Part shown: piece by piece, positions 14,560 through 33,119 of the stretch | Layout of the letters: each line of letters opens with the position of its first letter | Numbering within the stretch: the stretch's first letter is position 1 | DNA from: the human T2T-CHM13v2.0 reference genome, Homo sapiens | Reading direction: 5' to 3' (one strand) | Assembly: GCF_009914755.1 (NCBI RefSeq) | Contig: NC_060940.1 | DNA: 64,000 bases | The notes under the pieces: generated by a model | Seen by the model: only the letters and a program-made list of their open reading frames with translations | What the model was told of the DNA's origin: nothing | Databases searched by the model: none | Position numbers and translations under genes: made by a program

Positions 14560-16710
14560 GCATATATCACTGCCTCGTGAGAAACTCTAAGATTCTTCAC
14601 TTGAAATGCCGCTGTCTTCAATAGACCGTGTTGTAATAATTTGTAGAATGTGATTACTTTTATACCATTAGAAAATTAATTATGTATTATGCACAAATTT
14701 CTCAAATACTTTACTGCAGTAAATAGTATATGGTCAGAATTATTGTTTATTATTGTTTCCTTTAACATACAACTAATAAGGGTAAAAGTATTTACCTGAA
14801 TTTACATTTTTTGGCTTCAGTTGCCATTTTACCTTATTAGCACTTCCCTAACTCCATAAAAGGTATCATTTGAATTTTTTAATTTAGAATTTATTGAAAA
14901 GAGTATTTTTAATGTTACAATGTTTTTATTGCAGTTGAAGACATTTTCATTAAATATCTTAAACATGAGGCCCTGGCTAAGTAATCCTTATGTACTAGAA
15001 ATCAGATTTCTGTGGCACAACACCACTGCCTGCAATAATATTTATGAAAACTACAAATGCCAGCACACTATTTCAACACTGTACTCAGTTGTTCATATCT
15101 AAATATCACATTAGCTATGAAACAAACCAATATAAATACTGAAGATATAGTACTAATAAACGGATTCTTCAAAAAAGAAAACACTGACTAATTTTCTACA
15201 ATATATCAGCTGTTCATTTGTTCTTCAATAATATTTAGGCTATTTCAAGTATAAGAGGTTCTTTTATCTAGTTTCTAAAGGGCATAAACAATGATGCATG
15301 TAGTCAGATTTATTTTTATAAACTTTTGTTGTTTCTTTTGCTGTGCACCTTACTGTGAATACATGGACACACAGACAAATGTACATTTAAGTCATTAGTG
15401 GTTATGAGTTTTGCTTATGTGGCTTTTTGCTTATATGGATGTCATAAATGACAAGATAAAATAAGGAAGTTTGATAAACTCATCTTTAACCTGTAAACTT
15501 TAGTCCACTTACTGAATAACTTGAGTCAATATTTATTAGTTTAAAAAATGTTTTTTAAAATTTGCAAACCAAACTTTATTACACATTTCTGAATCAAGAA
15601 GGGGTAAACTGTGACACTGTTCCTCTGTGCCACAGACTCTTTTGGGGAGAAAAGTACTGCAAATATATAATAAAATAAGAGTTTCCAAACTCTATTTTTT
15701 GAAAAGCTTGAGTTTTCTTCTATGATTAACCTTCACTGTACAGTTCCTTTTATCCAAGGCCTGGTACCTAGGTCATCTTTTTAAGGTTTGGTTTCTGGGA
15801 AATTTTCAGCAAACCTCTCTCACGCTTTGTCCCAGGTTGTTTTTTGTTTCAGAGAAGCTGAACGTCTTCAATTGAGGATGGATTGCCTGTCCCCAAGCCT
15901 CCATATGTTCACTGAAGCTGAAGCTAAATCGGAGATTTCATTACCCACCATCCTTCCCCAGGCCGTCTCCTTTTTTCCAACCCATCTTCTCCAACATCTT
16001 CTGACATTTGTTACTGTCAGTAATTTCAGAATGAACAGATGCAGGAGCAACATCTCTCTAGAATGTTCCTTCACTTCCAATCTGCTCACTATGATTTCCA
16101 GCTCTATCTTTATATTTTAGATTATTCAGTGTCTATTCATGTTCATAATCTATATTCTGTAAACCCCATTTTAGTCATATTTTCTTTAATTGTTTACTTA
16201 TTTCCAACTCATTTTCCTCTTTACTTAGTGGTAGACCAACAAAAGATTCATCTTTCTTATCAAAGCAAAAGTGAGTTCTAACCTGCCATGGTTCACAGCC
16301 ATCACAGCTATCACTGCCAGGGTGAATGTGAAAGGGTGACACAGTCTCTCCAATTTTAAATTTATGTCTATGCTCACGTACATAAGGGTCTCATTTAGTT
16401 TTCAGCTGAACAATTCATTTTCCATGAACAGTTGTTCAATTTTGACTGCCTTGATCTAGAAGGACGTAACTTTGTAAATCATGGTCAAAATAAATTTCTG
16501 CATGAAACCTACTGACACCAACTTATGGGAATCAAAGGGTATGCCCTAGATCATTTTCTCTTCCAATTGTAGCGGGTTTCACAGCAGTAATGATAAACAG
16601 TGACCCTGTCTGCAGCATAAGCGATCTAATGACAATTATTCTAATATATGGGGGACATTTTTTTCCTCAATTTCCTCCTCAGTATGTTCTGCAGTTACAT
16701 TGCCTTCACA
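14560..16710 (-). pseudogene. AGGF1P: AGGF1 processed pseudogene, 5'-truncated (FHA and G-patch regions plus 3' UTR)
   Basis: Reverse complement matches AGGF1 mRNA: FHA region (FHAEIYFDHDLQSYVLLDQGSQN, HIHPGSDSCDGCEP) and G-patch (KMLEKMGWKKGDGLGKDG); stop equivalent at ~15733. Intronless, many disablements. 3' end uncertain. Confidence 0.93.
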
Positions 16711-16940
16711 GGCAATGTGAGGAGGGGCTGCGCTGGGGCCTTACAGACACCTGCGGAGCCAGAGGCCACCAGACTGCAGGCAGCCAAAGGCAGCCTCCTC
16801 CCTGCTGGCTGCTGTGGCTCCCACCTGGATGCCCTGATATGCATTGCCTGGAGCCAAACGGGTCTGTGGGCAACTAGTAAAGGGACTGCTGATGGCCCTC
16901 CCTGATCTGCACAGTCTGGGATGTGAAAAAACCCTGGGAA

Positions 16941-17735
<795 letters not shown>

Positions 17736-19542
17736 ACCCCTGGGAACTATCATATCTTCCCCAGTACAGGAACAGTGGGAGGAGCGTCAAAGTCAAGGGG
17801 CCAGAAGTGCTCCGGTTGTTCCCGGGTTGAGCCAGAAAGGGTGGCCAACAATTTTAAATAAAGTTTACATGTGGCTAGATGTGACCTGCTGACTACTGTT
17901 AATTTTTTTCCACATTTACACATTGAAAAGTGTATTTATTTAGGGTATACAATAGAGTGCTTTGAGATGTGTATACGTCTTTAAATTATCTCAGTGAAGC
18001 TGGTTAACCTATCTAACACCTCACATAGTTACTTTATACATTTCAGTGTGTGTAGTGAAACCACCTCAGGTCTACTTTAGTAACAGATTTCAACTACACG
18101 TTATTATTAACTATAGTCACCATTCTGCACATTAGGTCCCCAGCAGTTTTTCATTATATAACTGAAGGTATGCACCCTTCAATGGATATATCTCCTCCTT
18201 TCCCCATTTCCTAGCCCATGCAAACTACCCTTCTCCCGCTTTCTTTCTTTTTTTTAATATATCTACATACAAATGAGATCATGCAATATTTGCCTTTCTG
18301 TATTTTGCTGATCTCACTTAGCATCATGTCTTCAAGGTTCATCAATATTTTTGTAACTAAAACAATTTCATTCCTTATTAAAGCTGAAATTATCTCTGTC
18401 TTACAGTTTATCCATCTATTTGTATCAGAGGCATGCAAACGCCCTCGGCTATACTTAAATTTTATGTCCATTGGCTATATTCTCCAAATTGGGATTAATG
18501 GTTCTTCAAGTTTAAAAATTTTAAGGAAACTCCATACTGGATTTTTTTTTTGTAATGGCTGCACCAAAGGACATGCTCTGCAACTGTGTGCAAATATTGT
18601 CTTTTCTGTGCACCCTAACACTTTGTTCTTTTGACACTTTGATAATAGTTATCCTAACACCATGATACGGTGATTTCTCATTTTGATTTTGATTTTAATT
18701 ACACTGATAATTAGTGATGTTGAGAAACTTTTCATATACCTGCTGGCCATTTGTATGTCTTTGGAAAAATGAATATTTTGCCCAATTAATCAGGGAATTG
18801 GTTTTTGTTTTGTTCTCCTGTGGATGCTTTTTTCATATTGATTAGTATTCTGTATATTTTGAATAGCAACATATTATCCTACATATGGTTTACGAAAATT
18901 TTCTCCCATCCCATATATTGTCTTTATATTTTCTTGATTCTTTCTTTTATCATGCAGAAACTTTGATATAGTTCCATTTTTTAAATTTTTGCTTTTGTTG
19001 CCTGTGTTCTTTGTGTAGAATCCAAAACATCATTGCCACGACCGGGGTGAAGGAGCTTTTTCCCTATTTTTTAAAGACGACTCGTGATTTCAGTTATTAT
19101 GTTTAAGCCTTTAATTTTAAACTCATTTTTTGTGATGATATAAGAAAGTTTCACTTTTTGTGTGTGCATATCTAGTTTTTTCTAAACCACTTCTTGATGT
19201 CCCTATCTTTTCCTGGTTCTGTAGGACCAGTTGACTGCATATGGGTGAATTTATTTCTAGGTCCTCTATTCTGTTTCAGTGGTTCCTATGTAAGTTCTAT
19301 ACTACTTTAATGACTATAGCTTTGTAATACAGTTTGAAATCAGGAAGTTTGAGGCATTCAGCCTTTCTGTTCTTCACAGTATTTGCCTATTTGGGGTCTT
19401 TCATGGCTCTATACTAATTTTAGAATTGTTTGTTCTACACTTATTTTAAAGGCATTAAAATTTTGATAGAAATTTCTTTAACTTTGTTGATGACTTTGTC
19501 CAGTATAGATATTTTAACAATATTAATTTTTAGAATCCATGA

Positions 19543-19921
<379 letters not shown>

Positions 19922-19965
19922 TATTCTTCTACTTCTTTCATCAACATTTCATAGTGTTCAGTATG

Positions 19966-19968
<3 letters not shown>

Positions 19969-19996
<28 letters not shown>

Positions 19997-20276
19997 GAGA
20001 TGGAATCTCACTATGTCATCCAGGCTGGAGTGCAGTGGCCCAATCTTGGCTCACTGAAACCTGTGCCTCCTGGGTTCAAGTGATTCTCCTGCCTCAGCCT
20101 CCTGAGTAGCTGAGATTACAGGAGATCACCACCACCGACTAATTTTTTTTTTATTTTTAGTAGAGACGGGGTTTCCCCATGTGGACAGCCTGGTCTCGAA
20201 CTCCTGACCTCGTGATCCGCCCGCCTTGGTGTCCCAAAGTGCTGGGATTACACGGATGAGCCACCGCGCCCGACCC
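19969..20276 (-). mobile_element. Alu (AluS)
   Basis: Reverse Alu; TSD CAGTATGCAGAT on both sides. Confidence 0.93.
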
Positions 20277-20647
20277 AGTATGCAGATCTTTAATTTTCTT
20301 GGTTAAACTCATTCTATTTAATGAATTAAGTATTTCATTCTATTTGATAATATTGTAAATGGAATTGTTTTCTTTATTCCTTTTTCAGATATTTTGTTGT
20401 TACTGTATACAAATGCAACTGATTTTCATGTTAATATTGTATCCTGCAACTTTCCAGAACTAGTTTGTTAGCTATAACACGCTTTCATTGTTGTTGTTGT
20501 TAAAATGGTGGGTATTCTTAACCCTGGTTACACTTTAAATTGATAGTTGCTATTATTAATTCATAATTCTTTAAAATATAACCAGATGGGTTTCTGCTTT
20601 TACGAATTCAGTGGAATTCAAATATTCCCATTTTAAATAATTTTGTT

Positions 20648-21768
20648 GGTTTTGCCTGGGCCCTGGGATTGGGGGGCACCCTACTGGAGCTGGGAGATTC
20701 AGGATGGAGATGGAGAAGCAGTCAGGGAAGAGGCTGAGCGCGAGAACCAGAGAGGGGCTCCGGGGACAGTAGGGAGGAGGGGTTGTCGTGTGGGAGACCC
20801 AGTGGGGAGAGAGAATGGGCCATAAAAGGGTTGAAGGGTGGGAGTGGGCAACAGGACTGCTTCCTGGCCCAGGCAGGGGGCAGGGAACTTTGCTAAACCT
20901 GCGGGCCCCAGGGAACAGTGTGGACAGGGCAGGAGGGAGTGGAGAGAACCAGGCGCACACCAAAGTCAATTTGGAGAAAGAGACATTTCCTGGCTCTTTG
21001 ACCTCTGCCCAGAGTTCTGTGGGCATAGCCACCCAGGGGAAGAGCAGGGGAGGAGGCACCTCCCAGCGGGCTCAGAGAGCTGAGCGGTGCACAGGAGCTT
21101 CGCAGGGCCAGAGTGAGAGACCGCAGAAGCAAGCCACGGCTGCGGATGCTGCTGGCCCCGTGGGTGGGCGCGGGGGGCGCTGGGGAGGCAGGCGGGTCCG
21201 AGCTCCGGGGCCCAGCTCCGGGGCCTGCAGGTAGCCCTGGAGGAATGCACCCTCCCCGGCATGGGCCTTCCGGGAGAACGGTGTGGACGGCGCGGTGGAT
21301 ACGTCCTTCCCAGCTGGAACATTTGTGAAACTGGAATTTAAGCTCAGGCAGACAAGCGGCCGGCGGAAGGACTGGAAGAAACACGAGTGCGAAGTCCATC
21401 CCAAGGGAAGGAAGTGGAAATGCCTGGCCTGCGTCAAACTGGGCTCTGAGGAGAAGGTTTCGGGCCGGATGGGCCACTGTCCTATAGAGACTCAGGCTCG
21501 GCGGGACCCTGAGGAGCACCAGGAGACCCAGTGCAGCAGGGCGGAGCGGGAGGTGAGACCCCACAGCTACTACTTCCCTGCACGGTTCGCCTTCTTCAAG
21601 GCTCAGCCCCCAGCTAAGCCCAGCACTGAACTGCCTGGCGCCTCCTGGACCACTGCCGGGAGTGACCAGTGAAAGACCCCACCTCCCAGGGAGAGGACCC
21701 CACTATATCCCCAGCTAATAAAGCTGCTCATCCACCAATAATAAATAAATAAATGAATAAATAAATAA
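20648..21768 (+). pseudogene. RARRES2P: RARRES2 (chemerin) processed pseudogene
   Basis: AVDTSFPAGTFVKLEFKLRQTS...WKKHECEVHPKGRKWKCLACVKLGSEEKV...HCPIETQ...SYYFPARFAFFK matches chemerin. ATG mutated to AAG (21131), intronless, AATAAA at 21717, A-rich tail, TSD AAATAATTTTGTT (20635-20647 / 21769-21781). Confidence 0.95.
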
Positions 21769-22059
21769 AAATAATTTTGTTTGGTCTTTGAAAAGTGTAT
21801 TTTCTGTTTACTGGTCAACATGCTGCCTATTTATATGCCTAATTTGTCAAACTTTTAATGAAGTTGTTTAACATTATGATCCTTTATTATGTACAAAACA
21901 GTAAATTTTATAATGGTTTTAATGTCATCTAATATGATTGAAAAAAGTCAATTTCTCATTGCCAATGAATCTTCGTGTTATTTATTTTACACTGTTAGAT
22001 ATTCTGTCTACAAATGTCTAATGGCTTAGAATCTTGCATATTGTCTGCGCTAAGAACTA

Positions 22060-22670
<611 letters not shown>

Positions 22671-22769
22671 TTTTATTTATTTTTATTAAAATTATTTTTC
22701 TGCCTAAGTATTTATGAAAAGTAGAAGGTCTATTCATTCTGCTCTCTTGATAAAAGTCAGTTTTTTTCT

Positions 22770-24715
22770 CTTTATTAATATGTTAGTACAAATGAAGTTT
22801 CATGACAGGGACATATTGCAGAGTGATGAAGTATGTGCTTTCGGTGTAACAATCACCTGAACGGTGCTCATGTCCCAGTTAGGTGTTTTTCTCATTTCTA
22901 ACCCCTCTACCAACCTCCTATCTTTCTGAGTCTCCAGTGTCTATTTTTCCAGTCTCTATATCCAAGTGTATGCATTATTGAGCTTCCATATATAGGTAAG
23001 AAAATGCAGTATTTGATTTTCTGTTTCTGAGTTATTTCACCTACAATAATGGCCTCCAGTTCCATTCATGGTGCTGCAAAAGACATAATTTTATTCTTTA
23101 TGTCTGAGTAGTTTTCCATGGTATAAATGTATAGCAAATTTTGTTTATTCAATCATTGATAGATAAATTTAAATTGACTCCATATCTTTGCTATTGTGAA
23201 TAATCCTGCAATAAACATATGAGTGTGGGTATCTTCTTTATGTAGTGAATTATTTTCCTTTGGGTAGATACGCAGTAGTGGGATAGCTGGATCAAATGGA
23301 AGTTCTATTTTTTAGTTTTTTGAGAAATCTCCATACTGTTTCCCATAGAGGCTGTAGAAAGTTACATTCCCACAAACAATGTATAAGTATTCTCTTTTCT
23401 CGGTATCCTTACCAATATCTATCATTTTTCTGCTTTTTAATAATTAGCCATTATGAATGGTGTAAAATGGTATTTCACTGTCGTTTTTAATTGGCATTTC
23501 TCTGATCATTGGCAATGTTGAGCATTTTTTACATGCTTATTGGCCATCATTGTCTTCTTTTGAAAAATATCTTTTCCCGTTATGTGCCTGCTTTTTAATG
23601 AAGTTTCTTGTTTTATTCTTGTTGAGATGTTTGATTTCTTTATATATTCTAGACATTAGTTCTTTGTCACATGCATAGTTGGCAAACATTTTTTTTGTAT
23701 TCCATAGCTTGTCTGCTCACCTATTAAATAAAAGCTTCTTTTCAGGAGCTTTTCAGTTTAATTAAGTTCCATTTGTCTATTTTTGTTATTGTTGCATCTA
23801 CTTTTGAGATCTTAGTCATGAATTATTTGTCTAGGCCAATGTCCAGAATAGTTTATCATAGGGTTTCTTCTAGAATTTTTATCTTTTCAGGTCTTACATT
23901 TTAGCCTTTTAATCCATATTGAGTTGATTTTTGTATATGGTGAGAGTTAGGGGTTCCATTTCATACTTCTGCATATAGTAACGTAATTTTTCCAGCACAA
24001 TATGTTGAATAAAATGTCATTTTTCTGTGTGTGTTTTTGTTGACTTTGGAAAAGATCAGTTGTGTGTAGGTATATGGCTTTATTTCTAGGTTCTCTATAC
24101 TGCTCCATTGATCTGTGCATCTGTTTACATCATTACCATGCTGTTTTGGTTATTAAAGCCTTCTAGAATAATTTTAAGTCACGTAATGTAATATGTCCAA
24201 CTTCGTTGTCTTTGATCAAATTTGCTTTGGCTATTGAGGCTTTTCTATGGTTCCATATAAATATAATTTTTTTCTAATTCTATAAAAACTAACATTAGAA
24301 TTTTTGTAGGAATTACACTTAATATGTAGACTGTTGGGGCAGTATGGTCATTTTAATGATAATACTTCTTCCAATCAATGAACATGTGATGTTTTTCTCA
24401 TTTGTTTGTGTCATATACAATTTATTTCATCAGAGTTTTGTAGTTTTCCTTGTAGAGATCTTTCACCTACTTAAGTAATTATATTTCTATGTGTTTTACT
24501 TTTTTGTAGCTATTGTAAAAAAAACTGACCTTTTAATTTGGTTCTCAGCTTGATCATTATTAGTGTATGAAAATGCTACTACTTTTTCTACATTGATTTT
24601 TGTATCCTGAAACATTATTAAATTTATTTATCAAATCTAAAAGTTTTTGGTGGTCTTTAGATTTTTCTAGATATAATATTATGTAATCAACAAAGAGGGA
24701 CAATTTGACTTCCTA
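22770..24715 (-). mobile_element. L1 (L1PB/L1MA-like) 3' portion
   Basis: Antisense L1 3' UTR through ORF2 to the RT region (GAGGGACAATTTGACTTCC at ~24700). Confidence 0.85.
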
Positions 24716-26242
24716 ATTAAAACTATATGTATGAGCCCACCAAGCTCAACAGACAGAACCTGTGGGGAGAGCACAGGTGATGGTATTTCTTTAAAGTGGT
24801 CATGTGATTATGATTGGACACCTAGGCTGAGAGCCACTTAGCAAAGAATTGCCTCTCAAGTTTCAATGTACATATAAATCATTTCTGATTCCAGGCCTCT
24901 GTCTTAGTAATGTGATTCTGCAAGTTTGGAAGGGGTCCATGAATTGGCTTCTTAAAGTCTCCCCTTAAGGGGAGACTGTTGATTCTCCCACTATATCCAC
25001 TGTAGTAGCACTCAGAGAAAGTAGGAACAGCACAGAGAGTTCCTGACACCCAACACTCTTACCACAACACAAACCCTTTTGGCCCAAAGTGGAAACCACC
25101 AATCACTATATACAAACATGTTATTCTCTGCTGGCTCTTTAAAGGTTATAGAGCCTAGAGAAGGCATCAATGGTTGAGTAAGTCTGCATTTGAAAAACAT
25201 GTATCCATGAGTTAATACAATGTTTACTGAGTGTGTACTATGTGTTCAGAAGTCTGTTACACAGCACTGTGCTGCAAACATCACCTGATGTGAGTGAATC
25301 CTCAACCCTGGTAGTTGGCTGCTAAGTGTTCTGTAATTCCTAGGCTTTAAATGAAGGGCCCAGCATTTCTATTTTTCTTTCATTTTTAAAATTACTTACC
25401 TTAAAAAGAAAATGTGTAGAATAAAATCTATATAGACAGATGGAAGGGATACAGAAAGGGTGAACTGTTCAGAGGGATTTTTGGTATTTATATTGACTTT
25501 CTTGTGCTTTGTAGAGCATCTACCGGATCGGCAGAAAAACAGTTTGCTAGGTGGGATGTCTCTACAAGCACTGGCTTCAATGAAAAAGAAATTGTGACCC
25601 ACAAATAGATAATCATTTGCTCCCATTTATCTGCTTTTTATTTTCAGGAAATTGTGGGCATCAGCTAAGGAGAGGCAGGAGGAGCCACCACTCAAATTTT
25701 TGATCTCCTTTAATTTTGATCTCCTTCTGTGAGAGGAGATTCTAGGGTGAGGCCAGGCCTGGATAAGGCCTTAGAAGAGGGTGGATCTGGGCAGGGCTGG
25801 GACAGAAAGTGAGCCCCATGTGTCTGATGTCTATGATGGTGGAGTGTTTCCAGTTCTGTCTCTCCTAAGCCTGTCTAACAGAAACTGGACTCCTAGAGTT
25901 TGTGTAATTTTAACCTATTTTAGCCATTTCCCTGTCAATTTTTATAACACACAATAACGAAGAATTTAACCGAAACTCTTAGGGCTTTTAAAGAAAATTA
26001 TATGAGAAGCTAAAAGATTTATTTTACTAATACAAAAGAAAAAGGAATAATCACAACAATAGCAATAATTCTTCCGTCCATGAATACCCCTTCAGGTGGT
26101 GACATCAAAACTCATAACAACAGCATAAGGGAAGTATAACAAATGCAGTCAAAGTCCCCTTTACACCTCCCTTCTCTCTTCTGACCACAGAATGTTGAAT
26201 TAAATCATTTATCCATATGCTTTGTAATGAAAGTATCTGTAG

Positions 26243-26594
<352 letters not shown>

Positions 26595-27249
26595 TCATCT
26601 GTTTTTCTTTCTTTTTTTTATTATTATTATACTTTAAGTTTTAGGGTACATGTGCACAATGTGCAGGTTAGTTACATATGTATACATGTGCCATGCTGGT
26701 GTGCTGCACCCATTAACTCATCATTTAGCATTAGGTATATCTCCTAATGCTATCCCTCCCTCCTCCCCCCACCCCACAACAGTCCCCAGAGTGTGATGTT
26801 CCCCTTCCTGTGTCCATGTGTTCTCATTGTTCAATTCCCACCTATGAGTGAGAATATACGGTGTTTGGTTTTTTGTTCTTGCAATAGTTTACCGAGAATG
26901 ATTATTTCCAATTTCATCCATGTCCCTACAAAGGACATGAACTCATCATTTTTTATGGCTGCATAGTATTCCATGGTGTATATGTGCCACATTTTCTTAA
27001 TCCAGTCTATCACTGGTGGACATTTGGGTTGGTTCCAAGTCTTTGCTGTTGTGAATAGTGCCGCAATAAACATACGTGTGCATGTGTCTTTATAGCAGCA
27101 TGATTTATAGTCCTTTGGGTATATACCCAGTAATGGGATGGCTGGGTCAAATGATATTTCTAGTTCTAGATCCCTGAGGAATTGCCACACTGACTTCCAC
27201 AATGGTTGAACTAGTTTACAGTCCCACCAACAGTGTAAAAGTGTTCCTG

Positions 27250-28158
27250 ACTTTGATGAGTTGAGAGAAGAAGGCTTCAGATGATCAAACTACTTACTCC
27301 GAGCTACAGGAGGAAATTCAAACCAAAGACAAAGAAGTTGAAAACTTTGAAAAAAACTTAGAGGAATGTATAACTAGAATAACCAATACAGAGAAGTGCT
27401 TAAAGGAGCTGATGGAGCTGAAAGCCAAGGCTCGAGAACTACGTGAAGAAAGCACAAGCCTCAGGAGCTGATACGATCAACTGGAAGAAAGGGCATCAGT
27501 GATGGAAGATCAAATGAATGAAATGAAGCGAGAAGGGAAGTTTAGAGAAAAAAGAATAAAAAGAAACAAACAAAGCCTCCAAGAAATATGGGACTATGTG
27601 AAAAGACCAAATCTACTTCTGATTGGTGTACCTGAAAGTGACGGGGAGAATGGAACCAAGTTGGAAAACACTCTGCAGGATATTATCCAGGAGAACTTCC
27701 CCAATCTAGCAAGGCAGGCCAACATTCAGATTCAGGAAATACAGAGAACGCCACAAAGATACTCCTCGAGAAGAGCAACTCCAAGACACATAATTGTCAG
27801 ATTCACCAAAGTTGAAATGAAGGAAAAAATGTTAAGGGCAGCCAGAGAGAAAGGTCGGGTTACCCACAAAGGGAAGCCCATCACACTAACAGCGGATCTC
27901 TTGGCAGAAACTCTACAAGCCAGAAGAGAGTGGGGGCCAATATTCAACATTATTAAAGAAAAGAATTTTCAACCCAGAATTTCATATCCAGCCAAACTAA
28001 GCTTCATAAGTGAAGGAGAAATAAAATACTTTACAGACAAGCAAATTCTGAGAGATTTTGTCACCACCAGGCCTGCCCTAAAAGAGCTCCTGAAGGAAGC
28101 GCTAAACATGGAAAGGAATAACTGGTACCAGCCGCTGCCAAATCACGCCAAATTGTAA
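27250..28158 (+). pseudogene. L1 ORF1p remnant, N-terminally truncated and disrupted
   Basis: ORF 27499-28158: SLQEIWDYVKRPNL...RISYPAKLSFISEGEIKYF. Confidence 0.93.
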
Positions 28159-28221
28159 AGACCATCGAGGCTAGGAAGAAACTGCATCAACTAACGAGCA
28201 AAATAAACAGCTAACATCAAA

Positions 28222-30520
<2,299 letters not shown>

Positions 30521-30548
30521 GACCTCATCTGTTTTTCTAATCGTCATA

Positions 30549-30802
30549 TGATATAGTTTAGATTTCCCCTCCAAATCTCATATTGAATTTTAATCCCTGA
30601 TGTTACAGGTGGGGCCTGGTGAGAGGTGGATGAATTATAGAGATGGATTTCTCATGGCTCTGTGCTGTCATTGTCACAGTGAGTACACACAAGATCTGGT
30701 GGTTTAAAAGTGAGGCGTATCTCTCCCCCATCTTTCCTGTTCCCACTCCTACCACGTGAGATGCCTGCTCCTCTTTCATCTTTCATCATGATTGTAAGCT
30801 TC
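30549..30802. mobile_element. MaLR LTR fragment (MST-like)
   Basis: TGATATAGTTT...CCAAATCTCATATTGAATT...CATGATTGTAAG, characteristic of MST/THE1 LTRs. Confidence 0.75.
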
Positions 30803-30859
30803 TTTATATGTTAATGTTACAAAATTTCACTCAATTTTCTTATAAAAATATCTGACAAA

Positions 30860-31270
30860 ATGTTATATGATAAATATGATAAATAAATATGATATTATGA
30901 CATCACAACATATTACTGTATCATAATTGGTTTGTATTAAGGCATTGCAGTATATCATGACATCATAAGTTGCATGCATATGACATCATGATATATTATG
31001 ATGTCACAATTCTTATTACGTCACAATGTATCATGACATCATAATTCATATGTATTGTGACACCATAATTCATATGCATTATAACATCACAATATATCAT
31101 GACATCATAATTAGTATGTGTTATGACATCACAATGTATTATGACATGATAATTCATGTGTATTGTCACATCACAATATATTATGACATCATAATTTGTA
31201 CGTATTATGATGAATTCATATGAAAATGTGTATGTAGTACAACATATTACAAATTGTTATGTAATTTGTA
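30860..31270. repeat. AT-rich minisatellite of ~18/23-bp units with a TGACATCA core
   Basis: Repeated TATGACATCACAATATAT and TATGACATCATAATTCATATGTAT units. Confidence 0.85.
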
Positions 31271-33119
31271 TGTATTACATATGTATTAGATGGCTCTGGA
31301 TGTCTTGAGCTCTGGGGGGCAGGCTTGGGGTAGGAAGAGACACCCATGCTGCAGATGGGGAGATTGGGGCACAGGGCCCTGGGGTTCCAGGAGCAGTGAT
31401 GAGGCCAGAATTGGCCTGTGGAGACTTCGATGCTGGCTCTGGGTGAGGGGGCTACTGCACATGTGAGCACAGCAGTGCTCAGGGGCTCAGGTGGCTGCCC
31501 AGGGGCAGATGGACAAAGGGGTTAAGGCACCAGGAGACCAAACCTACAGCCCAGCAGGGGGCAGGGTGGCTGTGAGGGTTGTATGAAGGATGCCAACAGC
31601 ATTTTGGGGGCATGAGCTGTAGGTGTGAGGGAGCAGGCAGGGGGACAATGCCCAGTCATTCTGGCCTGGAACAGTGGCAGGTGGATGCTGCCTAGCCATG
31701 GAGCAGTCAGTGAGGTGGGACTTCTGGTTTCAGAGGAGCCCAGAGATATACTCAGGCAGATGAGGGTCCTCATGGGATGGACATGGAAGGGTCAGCTACA
31801 ACTTGGGGACCATTTGTGGTGGGCTGAGCCCCTGGGACCTCTGGGGTGAGCAGGCAAGAGAGTGAAGAGGAGCCAGCCAGGGAGCCAGAGGCAGACGGAA
31901 TAGAGGAAATTAGACCCCAGGAGAGGGGCAGACCAGGAAGAGGATGAAAATTTCTCCTCACCTGCCTCAATGGCCTCTGCCCCTGCCCACACACCCTAGT
32001 GCACTCCCCCTGAATCCCTGCTTGCGTCTGCCTAACTGGCCATCCCAGGCTTGTGTGGCCTCAAGCTGTGGGGGTAACTGAAGGGCCACTTTCAGAAAGC
32101 ACAGTCTAGAAATGAGCAGCGTTGAGTCACTGTCGTCTCCCAGTCCTGGGAACTTCCTCTGCCACAGCTCACTGAGCTGTCTTCATCACCAATGGGTCTA
32201 CCTTCCCCCATCCCTGGAGGGCTGGAGGTCAGCTCAGAGCTGTGAGAGGTGCCTCTTCCCAGTGTCTCTCTACACAGCTCCTACCTGTGCCTCAGCATCT
32301 TACTCTGAGAGGTGGGCCTGTTGCTGCATGTGAATTGCGAGGAGGTCACTGTGGGGAAGGGGCTGCCTCCTTCCTCTTTTCTGGGCCCCTGGTGCCTCTC
32401 TCCTGGGGGTAAGGCAATCCAGCCTACCCATGAATCCAGGCAGGAAGGCAGCCCCACCCCAGCCCCAGAAAGAAGAAAAATAGTTCAGCTGTGAGGGGGG
32501 CGGGGGCGGAATGGTGACAGCCCTGGACATTAGCACAAAAAAGAGCTGAGGCCTCCAGGAGGCCATCCTCACCAGTGCCCTGGAGCTCTACAGGGGGTGG
32601 CTTAGGGACTCAGAGTCTTGTGGGGCAAGGCTTCTCTGCTGCTTCTGAGGCTCCCCGCTCTGCAAGGGGCTGAGTTTCTTCTCCTGGTAAACTGCTCCCA
32701 ATGCCTACCCTGGCTCATTCACTTAGCTGGGCTACCTGCTGGGCTCCCTTCCTGGTGGACCCTCCCTGTCAGCCTCCCTGGGTGGGTGGGGGCTCCTTTG
32801 GAGACTCCATTATTCTTTGAGGTTTTTAGGCCAGGATGAAGCACCCCAACCTCTCAGCAGGAGCAGCCACTTGTGGGAAGTGAAGGGAATGGGAGGGGAC
32901 ACATGGCCCAGCTCTGAGCATGACTGGGTGGGGACATTATGTTGAAGCTCCTGGAATCCTTATTCAGCCCAGGAAGAGGGGTTTGAAAGGCCAACAATCT
33001 CCCTACACAGGAGGGAAAAGAGAGGGTGTGGGTGGGCAGCGGCAACCTTGAATTGGGGGTCTGGTGAGATAAGTCTCTGCTCCTCACCCCAGCTATGGCC
33101 TTCATGTGTGCTTCCACCA

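Noticed and set aside
16710-16940. Possible FRG2 pseudogene, expected in this duplicon family
   Set aside because: Only faint nucleotide resemblance; no FRG2 peptide motifs found here or elsewhere in the window.
20571-21564. Several long overlapping ORFs on both strands
   Set aside because: A by-product of high GC content in the RARRES2 retrocopy.
24850-24960. MER5-like DNA transposon remnant
   Set aside because: Too degenerate to call with confidence.
25500-25720. AG/GT-flanked micro-exon-like pieces
   Set aside because: Splice-like motifs alone are common by chance, and I recognised no homology.
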